Below are positions 40,854-52,523 of a stretch of 64,000 nucleotides of DNA, one piece after another (the stretch's first letter is position 1; the number at the start of each line of letters is the position of its first letter). Below the pieces are notes generated by a model. That model did no database searches. It saw nothing but the letters and a program-made list of their open reading frames with translations, and was not told the origin of the DNA. The stretch is from positions 120,962,001-121,026,000 of the forward strand of contig NC_042997.1 in assembly GCF_006345805.1 (NCBI RefSeq). Direction: 5' to 3'. Origin of the DNA: Octopus sinensis. Lineage: Eukaryota. Both the position numbers and the translations under genes were made by a program.

Positions 40854-43004
40854 TTGTTGTTCATATAAAAACTTCACCTAACTTGATTTAATGAGTCGAA
40901 TCGCTGTTATATGAATAGAAAATGTATGCTCTTAGTTTTTAGTTTTTCTTTTTTCTTTTTGTTCCGGAAAATTACTTTTGCTCAGGCAATAAAAAGGCAG
41001 ACGTCATCATAGTATTGTGTCCATCCAAACTTCAGTGCTCACATTAAACACTTCAGCAGTTGACCTTTACCACAACATCACCTCCTGGAAATTATTCCAT
41101 CCTATATTTTTCCTGCAGCCGTCAAATCGAAGCAATTCAAGAGGAACATTAAAAACATCTATCTCACAACCATTTCCTCTAAACCAAAACACGAGAATAA
41201 TTGATAAGAAATTTGTAATTTTATCACAAAATTTTCTAATTTACTATATGAGTATAATATTTATTAAATTGCTTGCTAAATGTAATAATTTACTTTTCGA
41301 ATCTCATTTACTTCTGGTCATTCTTCAGGCTGTAAAAGAAGCACGTCTGCAATGACAAAAAATAAATTATTAAGCAAGTAATTATATAATTGTTTCACAT
41401 ATTTGCTAAAAAAAAAATCAATAAAAAGAAAATTTGGTCGAATTATTTTGTTAGTTACTTTAATGAGATGATTTTGTTTTTAATTAATCAACTTCCAATA
41501 ATTTAACGGAATTAAAATTATGTTTTTAACATTGCAATTTCTCTAATTATTGTTCGATATCTTTTAATGACTTCATTATTTAAATTTTGCAATAATTAAT
41601 ACCTCACCAACTGACTGTAGTGTCATTAAGATTTATATATTTTCTATAATGATAACTGACTTTGGCACGAAATCACAGATAAATAAGTGAGAAGTATGAT
41701 ATGTCCAATCACTCCGATCCAAGAATGTTATTAGTTATGCTGTTGTTTTCTTTAATATAGTTTAAATCCGTATTAAAATAAGTTGACAAGAGATATAATC
41801 AAAGACGTAATTTTATATTTTAAGCAAAGGAATTATTCACGAACAGTACCCAATATCAACTTTATATACGTTATCTGCAAGAAATGTGTCTACTATCTCT
41901 AGTATATCGAATGACCCCACTGAAAACTACAGCTTTATGATAGCAGGATAAAAAGACGAAATTTGTTACTGAGATTAGAAGACAAAGTAGAAATATTACA
42001 GTTTAATAATGAACAGTTAAGTTTCCATGATCATTAAGTCTCTTTTACAAAAAAACACTATTTCTACAAAAGGATGTAGATTGAACTTGAAATTATGCTA
42101 AGACAATAAAGTAATTTTGCATGTACATGCATGTTTAACTGTGCAGATGTGTGAGATTCTGCTACTGAGAACTGTATTCGGGTTTATGCCAGATTCATAA
42201 AATAACAGATGGTATCTAACATTGTGTTCGAAGATGAGGAGTAAATTGCTTCTTTTTTGCAACACAGGAGACGCACAACCCCTCTCCCTCTCTCTTTCTC
42301 TCTCTCTCTCTCTCTCACACACATACACAAATACACACACAGAAACATTCACACACTCAGACACTCTGAGAGAAACCAACACAAACACAACAGTCTCTCA
42401 TCAATAGATAGAGGTTGATAGGTTATTATGTATTTTATAAGAGTAATGGTTATATTTGGTAATAACTGGTCAACATTGATTTCTTCCCCTCCACGTCGTA
42501 AATGAGTAACGCCTGATAGTTAAGCGATATGTTATTCCATTGGTATTCATGTTCCTTACGCCAAAATCGTTAGACGTTCAGACGTAAGGAAGCTGAATGG
42601 CAATCGTCTAATACGCCTAGAAATTTAAAATGAATATGGTCTTTATATTCCAGGCACTTACTTTATGCACAAAGCTGATCACACAGCACAGATGCACCCA
42701 GAGTCTAAAGCTCTTTCTCTATTATGGTATCATTCATAAGCGTGGTATTAGTGATAATTGTAATATAAGCTCCATTCATCGGTCATAATGTTAGATAGAG
42801 CACTGTGTGGTGCGAGCAAATTTCCGGATGGTAACTGGAGTGAAAGAGATAAGAGGGGCAACTGAGGATCTTCGGCACCTGAATGTCCGTAAAATATATG
42901 ATCCTAAAATGAGGACATATTATTTGCAGGAAGTTTGGAAACCAGACATTTGAATATACTGCTCAAGTATGGGAATATACTACAGCAAACCATAGGGACT
43001 GGCG

Positions 43005-43418
43005 TACTCTTTACTCTTTTTTACTTGTTTCATTCATTTGATTGTAGCCATACTGGAGCACCGCCTATAGTCGAGCAAATGGACCCCCGGACTATTTCTT
43101 TGTAAGCCTAGTATTTATTCTAACGGTCTCTCTTGCCGAACCACTAAGTGATGTGGACGTAAACACACAAGCGTCGGTTGTCAAGCGATGTTGGGTGGAC
43201 AAACACAGACACAAACATATACATACACAAGTATATATACACAAGTACATATATATATACGAAGAGCTTCTTTCAGTTTCCGTCTACCAAATCCATTTAC
43301 AAGGCTTTGGTTGGCCGTGGCTATAGTAGAAGACACTTGCGGAAGGTGCCACGCAGTGGGACTGAACTCAGAACCCTTTGGTCGGTAAGCAAGCGTCTTA
43401 CCATACAGCCACTCTTGC
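43005..43418 (-). mobile_element. tRNA-derived SINE family 1
   Basis: Same blocks as 55737-56140. Confidence 0.88.
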
Positions 43419-45295
43419 ACCCATTAATGAGAAAGGAAACAGTGGAAAACCAAAGAGATATACCAGTGCAAAACTTTCAGGCATGCGCAGGAAGGAGGGT
43501 GGTCATCTTTGTTTTTGAAAAGAATAATGTGTGTGATTTTGGTACTCCTGGACAAGTTACCTTTAAATATGATTTGTAAAAGCGAGGAACATGAATATAG
43601 ACGGAAAATGATGGCCATGGTCGTTCCCCTTGTTCATATATTTTTCCTAATCATCATTGCTGACACCCACGAGGAGGTTATAAATTATTACTATCCATTA
43701 ATACAAGTATGGGCGTTTCTCTGTACAGGCTTGTGACGCACAACGTCATTCTCGATACGAGGCACGTGACCATGGTTTAGGTTTATCCCGGAAATAACCA
43801 CAAACAGACGATCTAACAAACTATGTTTGAGGAATTGAAATGCAATTATCTCACCAGGCAGGAGTATTATGAGGAAGCTCGCTTGAGGAAATTGACCCTA
43901 AACGGCATGGAGGATATAAAAATTAATAATAAGATAGTAATATTAATAAATAGAAATAGAAGACGAAATGCGCATTTACAAATATATATATACTTTCAAA
44001 TATAATTGGCTAGACAATGTAGAGAACATTGAAATTAGAAATTGTATAGATGAGAATTTATTAACAAATTATATTAATATTCGATATAATGATGAAAACC
44101 AAAATATAGCAATATACATCAATATGCTAGCGGGTTTCATAATAATTTCTAGTTATAATATGCTCCAGTGGAAGCCCTTCATATCCGCTATAAAAGTAAT
44201 ATGGAAAAATCTCCTGTATGTATAATATTGATTTGAAGATCGTCGCAAAATTGAAATTATCTCGTGCAATTTTTTATAGCCCTTATCACTTAGAAGTGTT
44301 AATATTACTGTAGTAAAAAGAAATTAGCCCTATTTATTTCAGTTGCTCAAATTTAATTTGGATTATAAAGAAAATGTATTTCGAAGTTGACATGGACTTT
44401 AAAATCCAACTGAAGAAAATTATGAATATATTTCTCATGTATTTGTTCTTCTCAGTGAAGTGTATTCTTCCAGCCAGAATAAGTATCATTAATATGTGTG
44501 TATATGTTTGCGTGCGTATGTGTATGTTCGCGTGTGCGATTGTGAGTGTATTTTTGAGAGAGAGATTGGTGAGAGAAAGAGAAAAGAAAGTGACAAGAAG
44601 AAAATGAGAGAGAAAGAGGGGGACAGCGAATGCACTAGTATTAATCATTAATGTGAATACATAGAGAAAGTTATACAAGTTCAAGCAAGAAAGTAAATAT
44701 TTATTTACGTATACAAGTATATAAATATATGTCTGTTTGTGTGTGTGTATAACACAGACACACACACATACATATATATACACTTACAAGGAACCAGTCA
44801 GATTACGTAAATTTAGATGATCGGTGTTTTATAACAGATTACGTAGGGAGAACTGAACTTAATCTTCACAACAAACAGCTGATCTCAATGGCATATCATA
44901 AATTATATATTAACTATATACACAGGGAGATAAGAGCATGCTACAAGGGGAAAATGTACAAACTATAAAACTGTAGGGCTGCAACATCTATACATTAATG
45001 CATAATAATAGACTAACAAAATAACCACAACAGACTGAAGTGGAGAAACAGGTATTTCTGTATTGACGTTTGTGTGTAAGGCGGAAATAACATAGTATGT
45101 ATGGCTTATACTACGACTATTCTACATTTCCAGAAATCAATGACGGTGAGTTGGAAGAGAATTACAATGACCGTGGCAATCCATGCCTAACAATGGCACA
45201 CGCTTACCCAGTAGGGGCATTAACTCCAATTTGTTTTAAGAAATATTATTTGCAAAGCAAGGCAGATACAATAATTAATAATTATAAAGTAATAA

Positions 45296-45585
45296 ATATA
45301 GTCTGTTGTGTCTGGGGAGAGTCATTTTCTTTTTGTGCCTTATAATGTAACACACTCACCGGTAAAACTTCAACGTATGTCTTATTTTTATTTATTAAAA
45401 TTTTTAAGAAATAAGTTGGAATTATAATGCCTTATAATGTAACACACTCACCGGTAAAATTTTCACTTATTTCTTTTTTTTATTTTCCTAAAATTTTCAA
45501 GAAATAAGTGGAAATTTTACCGTTCAGTGTGTTACATTATAAGGCACAAAAAGAAAATCACTGTCTCCAGACACAACAGAATATG
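45296..45585. mobile_element. Foldback/MITE with long terminal inverted repeats and an internal tandem duplication
   Basis: tctgttgtgtctgg…ttttctttttgtgccttataatgtaacacact at the left end and its reverse complement at the right end; gccttataatgtaacacactcaccggtaaaa is repeated internally. Confidence 0.8.
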
Positions 45586-46380
45586 CTTCAACACACTTGC
45601 AAACCAAATCCAAAAGCGAAATGTAATAAATATAAAAAAAATAAATGACTCCTACTAGAAAATCTTAAGAACTTTATGCAAAATAAAGAGGATCCTAAAT
45701 ACAAAATATATGGAGATTGCGAATAAACAATGAATCATATTGTTTAGCGGTACTACAGCGATATCTGTGTACAGACATTATGCTCCCACAAATTGTAAAG
45801 TGCAGTAGTATTATTAAAATAGTTCAGTACAAAAGTACATAGAGCATTGTATTAGAAATCAACAATGATATTATTCATTGGAATACGGTATTTTAAGAAA
45901 CGACGCTTAAATATCATTGTTGCTATTTATCACTGCGAAAGAACAGTGACTCCTAAAGGATGAAGGAAATCCATGAGACAATATGTCTGAAAAGAAAATG
46001 AAAAACTATATGCAAATATCACAAGCCTGAAATTGAGATAGCCAGACAGTTTGAACTGAATAAAAGAACTTCTACGGAAATTGTATTGTTAACGATGAAA
46101 ATAAAATGCAACAAAAAATTACTAACACAAATACATATTAAAATATAACCGCGAGGTACTTCTCATTTATTACGTCGAGTAATGTAAGCAAATACATAAG
46201 TAGACAAATACAACAAAACAAATGATTTATCCAGTAAATATTACAATACAATATTGTGTGTGTATGTGTTTGTCCGTGCGAGTGCGTGTGTATCTATCTG
46301 TGTCTGAAAGTGTGTCCATGTGTGTGTAGGCGCCCGTGCACGCGTTCTTAAAATGAAATGTTTCATATATAATTTGTATT

Positions 46381-46768
46381 GAATCCAAACGTTAGGACGC
46401 TGGCGAAATGCTTAGTGGCATTTCGTCTGTCGTTATGTTCTGAGTTCAAATTCCGCCGAGGTCGACTTTGCCTTTCAACCTTTCGGGGTCGATTACATAA
46501 GTACCAGTTACGCACTGGAGTCGATATAATCGACTTAATTCGTTTGTTCGTCCTTGTTCGTCCGCTCTGTGTTTAGCCCCTTGTGGGTAGTAAAGAAATA
46601 GGTATTTCGTCTGTCTTTACGTTCTAAGTTCAAATTCCGCCGAGGTCCACTTTGCCTTTCATTCTTTCAGTGTCGATAAATTAAGTACCAGTCGCATACT
46701 GAGGTCGATCTAGTCCAATTAATCCCCTCCCCAAAATGTCGGGTCTTGTGCCTAGAGTAGAAAATTAT
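46381..46768 (+). mobile_element. Dimeric SINE family 2 arrangement (two tRNA-like heads, two different tails)
   Basis: First unit ends gccccttgtgggtagtaaagaaata (46600). Second unit starts ggtatttcgtctg and ends atcccctccccaaaa…cttgtgcctagagtagaaaattatt. Confidence 0.82.
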
Positions 46769-47559
46769 TTGTATTGAATCCTGTATTTATCTCTTGTGGT
46801 GAATGAACAGACATTTATATAAGTACTAGCATTAAAGACCCATCGTTGCCGGGTCATAGTGCTAGTGCATGTATATATGTGTATATATATATGTGTAAAT
46901 ATTACATGTACATCTACATATATACATCTACACATAAAATACAAAATACAAATTTATATCTTGATATCGCTAGTGATAACAATACTCAAAATATATAACA
47001 GACTGGAATTGTTAGCCCGTCTCTTGTAATTTCGATCAATTGTATCTTGTCCTCACTCTTGTATAGAAGTGTGGCTACAATCCAGCCTACCTCAATTTCT
47101 GGGGGGGGGGGGTTAAATATTTTTCCGGTACGTCCTACGTCCCAGATATAAAGGTAAGAATAAGATATTTCCACTTTGCAAGTTCGAGTCGTGTACTCCC
47201 TTGCACGCTCCGTTGACTCGAACCTTGCTTCTATTGGGGCGAATTTACCGCCTCTGATTAGATACCTTTCATAGTCGCACCAAGACACTTTTCGAAGGTG
47301 CTTTCCTCCATGTTGTTTTATTATTACCCACAAGGGGCGAACATAGATGGGACAATACAATCTGATGATGGGGTCAGACACACGAATGGGTTTTTACAAT
47401 AAATCGAATTTTAAAATTTTCATGAATTACAATAAATGGACAGAAATCGAATGATGGGACAGACCGGAAGACATTACGGGTGGAGTGGGTGCGGGTTTAG
47501 CTCGGACCCCACGAGCCCCGCCTCCCCACTGATACTTTTGGTTGAGCTTGGTATTACAT

Positions 47560-50500
47560 TTATGTTGTATCTTTCACTCGCAACTTTCGTGCTACATCCT
47601 TCCATCGTTCTTCATACACTCTCCTAGTCAGGCATATTCTCTCCAGCCCTATCTTCCTTTTCAGGTGAAAGATGAAATACTTCATCAAACCAGGGCCGGA
47701 GATGAACTTGCCTGACTGTACACCTTTCATTCTCGTCTTCCATATCACCTCTTTCGCAATTGCTACGAGAAAACGAAACTTACCTTCATTCACGAGGAAA
47801 TCCGGTGGGTCAATTTTTGTAATCGACTCAGTCGACAGCTGTACTCTTCGTGTACCTGACAACAGCTGTTCGGCATAAACCCACACCTCAGACACGTCCG
47901 GACAATGAACAATAGCGTGCGGGACGGTTTCCCTATCCCGCCCGCATCCTGGACATATCGGACTGTCTTGGCCACCGTGCTTTGCGAGTTTATCCCGAAC
48001 AGGTAGAGCTCCTCTGTAGCATTGCCATGCCAGAGACTTCTGGAAGTTGTCCAGTGTCCTCGGCTCGAACGTACGTCGGAACAGACTGGCCAGCTGATTA
48101 TCGTCGAGACCTAGGGTTTCCCCCAAGGTATCTTCACATTCCGCCTCTACCAACCCTCTATAGAAGAATGTGGTGGAACCCCCACCGCAGGCGTTGCCCG
48201 AGCGACGGAATAGCAGGAGAGCCTTGCGACACTCCGTGTACCAAGTACCAAGTTTCGATCTACGATTCAGCCAGGTTTCCCATCCACCGAAACTAGTGAA
48301 CTTGGGAAACATCAGTTTTGCTAGCGAAGACCACACCCGTTCACCATCCAGGTAGAGCCACAGATGTCTTAACCTCAGCGCATGTCTGCGCATCATCAGC
48401 CAAGGCATCCCTAGCCCACCCTTTAACGGTTGTTGACAGCAAGTAGAGCGTTTCACAAGTGGTTTCCCGCCCTTCCACAAGAAGTAGAAGAGCTGTCTTT
48501 CTAACTTGATCAACCACGAATCAGGGCAAGGAACGACGGAAAGGCGGTAGGTGATAACCGATGCGATAAACACATTGGCCACCTCCGCCCTCCCTTTCAG
48601 GGATAGCCTCCGCCAAGACTGGGTCTTGGCTACTGCAGCCACCTTGCTCGTTACCTCGCCCCAATTCTTCTCTATTTGGAGGTCTGGACCGAACCAGACC
48701 CCTAGCAGTTTAATCGGACCCTCCGTCCAACGTCCCACGACGCTGTCAGGAGGCATCGACTTGCCTCTCCAGGTGCCGAGTTGCAAGCCGACTGACTTTT
48801 CGCGATTAACTTTTGCTCCTGTCACCGTCTCGTAAACCTCTATGGCCTTGCCTACTTTACATAGGTGGTCCATTTCGGTTACGATGATGGTGATGTCATC
48901 CGCGTACGCTGACACTGGTTTTCCATTACCTGGCTGTCTCGGGATGCCGCTCAGTTTTCGCAGTAATGGCTCAAGAGCCATCACGTACAAAAGCGGGGAG
49001 AGCGGACACCCTTGACGAACCGAGCGTTTGATTTTGAACGGCTTCGACAAGAAGCCGTTCACCCGAACTACCGAGTCGATGTTATCATAAATTTGGATAA
49101 TCCACCTGAGGAAGCCAAGGCTCAGGCCGAACTGTGCCAGGGCAGATACCAGGTAACGATGGTCGACCCTATCAAAAGCTTTAGATTGGTCTAAATGGAC
49201 CAGTGCCCCACCCTTGCCAGAGTCACTATTAAACCCCTCTATAGTGTACCGCATTAGATGGAGATTATCCTGAATGGATCTGCCCGGAACGGCACATGTC
49301 TGTGCCTCTCCGATCAGACCATCCGCGACACGCGCCAATCTTTTCGATAACACTTTGGCCAAAATCTTCAACTCTGTGTTTAGCAGAGTGATGGGCCTGA
49401 AATTATCAATGCACTCCCCCTTGCTCGGGTCCTTTCTGACGAGAGTCACTACTCCCCGGCGCACAGATCTGGGTATAAGCCCGTTCTGCTGCCAGTTCGC
49501 ATAGACCTCCGCCAGTAGGTGCCCGAACAAGTCTGGCATACTCTTATATAACTCATAGGGTAGACCATCCAAACCCGGCGCCGCAGTCCGCCATTGCCTC
49601 AACCACCTCCTCAGGCGTGATTGGCCCTTCACAGCCCTCCGCATCTCGCCCCGATAAGCGCGGCAGACCGTCGAGTAGGTCCGTAAAGGCCCTCCTCCTA
49701 TCCAGTCCGCCGCACTCACCGAAAAGCTGAGCGAAGTGCTCCTGAAAGGCCTCACACATCTCCTCGGGTTCGTTTATCAACTCACCTTCTTGGTTCGTCA
49801 AAGATCGAATCGTGGCATCGTTACCATGCTGAGCTTCCACCACTCGGGCCCATCTCACGGCGTTGATTCCTTCACATCCCATATGGCGGATTCTAGCCCT
49901 GACAATGCAGCCCATGTGTTTGGCCTCGAGTTGCTGGTTTAACACCAGTCTCTTGGACGCCACCTGAGCCGCAGAGCCAGTTTTCATGGCTTCCTCTAAT
50001 TCCTTAACTAGAGTAGTTTCCTTTCTAGCCTCTCTAGCCACTACTCCTATGCTATATCTAATAGACTCAAACTTGATGGCTCGTTTGAGGGCGTACCACC
50101 ATTTGTTATTAATGATGGTACCAGATAGTGCCCTCTGAATTATATTCCTAATCCGGTCTTTGTACTCCTTAATCGCCAAAAGGGACGTATTAAGTTTCCA
50201 GTAACCGGATCCTCTATTTTTAACCTTATCTATGTCAAGCTTACAAGTGACCATTTTAAGATCACTGTAGCTGATCGGGTAAAACTGTGGACACTTAGCT
50301 ATTTTACTGTCTACTTTTCTAATTAGTATTCTATCTAAATATGACCTGGAAGATCCGTCGCTGTTTGACCATGTCCACAATGGAGCGTTCGGAAATTCCA
50401 GCCTATAAGGATCTGCTAGCTCAAAGCGGCTTAGCAGTTCCATGAAGCCACTGTTGCCTTTTCTATCTGGACGCGAGCCAACACAATCTACATCCGCTTT

Positions 50501-50936
50501 GCAAATTGTGTTAAAGTCTCCTAGCACCACTAATGAATGCGAAGTACCAAGAAAGTTTTCTAGTTCACGAAAATAATCACTTTGCCCTGTATGGTTGGGT
50601 GCGTAAATTGCAACCAGTCTGATAACTTTACCATTACTGAACGTCAAATCCATGACGACCAGCCTACCTTCTGGATCTGAAAAAATTAACTTTTTCTCAG
50701 AAACCCGGTTTCTTTTTAATAGGACCAACACCCCACTCCCGCCTGTAGGACTGCCAGGAGAGAAAAAACTCTCGTAGCCGTCAAACAGCGGGAGTAGACC
50801 TCTTGGCCACTCTAACCGGGTTTCTGTAGCAACAATAACATCTAAATTACGCGACCTGATCATGCAGGAAGCGACCTTGCTTCCAGCCTGCTCCCAGGCC
50901 GCGCACATTCAAACAACCAACATAAATGTAATCCAT
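47560..50936 (-). pseudogene. ORF2: AP endonuclease + reverse transcriptase + C-terminal CCHC finger (two frameshifts)
   Basis: MDYIYVGCLNVRGL, ATETRL, YAPN, GDFN, SYLDRIL, SDL (usually SDH); APGLDGLP, NFRPITLLN, LDQSKAFDRVDH, RQGCPLSPLLY, YADD; CPGC…H…C. Frameshifts near 50860 and 49580. Confidence 0.93.
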
Positions 50937-52295
50937 TACTTACCTTATATCAGTGGTTCGGTTTTCTCTTGTTCTTCTAACTCTTTTTCTGGGCCTCGTG
51001 GGGGAGTCTGACGTAGGCCCTCGAATATATGTGGAGATGTCACATCCAATCTAAGTGGGCCTACGTCATGGAAGAATTCTGACTTTATCCGCCCGTAATC
51101 CTTCCGGCCTATTCTGTAAATTACAAAGTCGTTTTTTTTCACTACTTTCTCCACTTTGGCCATGGCTGCCAACACGTTTCCGAGTCTGCTATTTGCTGCC
51201 TTTACGGCCATATACGAGTTCATTGACTCTCTTTTCTTTTTTAAAATTACTCTGGGAGGGGTGGTTTCCGTTTTTCTTTTTTTTTCCGGTAATTTTTGCC
51301 CACCCCTCCTCATTTATCTTTTCCTCGCTCTTTTTTTCCTCCGCCGCTGGTTCTGCTGTCACCGTCACCTCCACACCTTCAGTCTTCCCTTCTGGGCCGT
51401 CCGACGCTGCTTCTGGTGACACATTATCTTCTTTTTCTTTTAGCTTAGGTGCTTCCTGCGGTTTGGGTTGGGGTTGGCATTCCGCCCTTACATGACCCTT
51501 CTTGCCGCAGCCGAAGCACCTCGGCTTCCTGCCCTCCACGAAAACTGTTATTTTCTCGTCTTCTCTAATCTTTACCGTTTCTGGAATTTCTTCCAGTGTT
51601 TGCACCTCCGCCTGAATGGCTATCACTATTTTCTGCCCTTTCCAAAACTCCTCTTCCTCCACTGTGGCCTGGAGGATGTTTATTTTCCTCCAGACCTACC
51701 ATCACTGCTGCCACCAGATATTCAGCATCTGCCTCTGGCGGTATGTTGTTCATTGAAATTTTCGACGTCCTTTTTCCTTTATACAATGGTAGTAAGACAA
51801 TGTTTTCCGCTTTGATCGGCTCCATCGATAGTTTCTTCGCTATCTCCTCCGTAGTAAAACGCACCTCTACTGTGCCGTATCTTTTTCCTCTGTTTATATA
51901 CGTTATTTTATCCATAAAAGGTTTTAGACAAAACTCTATTTTTTTTTCTTCGATTTTTTGGATCATTTTTGTCGTTGTGTCGTAAGTTTTATATATTATT
52001 TTTTTTTTTCTATATCGTCATGTTTTTGTATGTTTGTGGCCACAGTCACTTCTGTGCCTTCTTTTTTTACACAGTCTGCAAATTTTCCAAAATTTTCTAT
52101 ATTTATTTTTTTGATCTTTTTCCCAGCCACTTCAGCGAATTTTTTTGCTGGAGTTGATGCTGGTACTGGTTTTTCCATTTTCTTGGGCGACGCCGCCTCT
52201 TTTTCCTTCGGCGACAACGCCTCTTTTTTTCTTGGCGACAACGCCGGGTATTCATCCTCGCTCGTCACGGGCGAATAAGAGATGGGGGACTCCAT
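50936..52295 (-). pseudogene. ORF1 gag-like nucleic-acid-binding protein (frameshifted)
   Basis: Four track ORFs join into one protein: SPxK-rich N-terminus, YGTVEVRF…IPPE (RRM-like), CFGCGKKGHVRAEC knuckle, basic C-terminus. Confidence 0.88.
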
Positions 52296-52523
52296 CTTGA
52301 ACAAATGGCTTTAACAAGCCTTTGGTAAATCCAAATTAATTGTAGTTTTCCCCCACGGAGGGGGGAACACCAACGCGAAGTCTTCGCGCGAAGGCTGACT
52401 TCGTCAGTTAGACGACAATAGACAAAACAGGTAGACCAACAGTATATAATAACAGAGATAATAGTACGAGAGCAAAAATATATCAACTTACTAATAAACG
52501 CAAAAATAGCTTGGAGCCATGTT

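Larger units (their letters stand above)
47316..52516 (-). mobile_element. Full-length Tx1/L1-clade non-LTR retrotransposon (5'UTR, ORF1, ORF2, 3'UTR)
   Basis: Gag-like ORF1 with CCHC knuckle, followed by APE-RT-CCHC ORF2 and a ~240-nt 3'UTR ending gccccttgtgggtaataataaa. Confidence 0.92.

Noticed and set aside
46986-47381. 131-aa ORF as a third ORF of the Tx1 element
   Set aside because: It has a non-ATG start, runs across the element's 3' tail into flanking DNA, and has no recognisable motif.
52401-52412. CTGACGA on minus in the Tx1 5'UTR as a hammerhead core
   Set aside because: It is sequestered in a CTGAC/GTCAG hairpin and no correctly placed GAAA follows.
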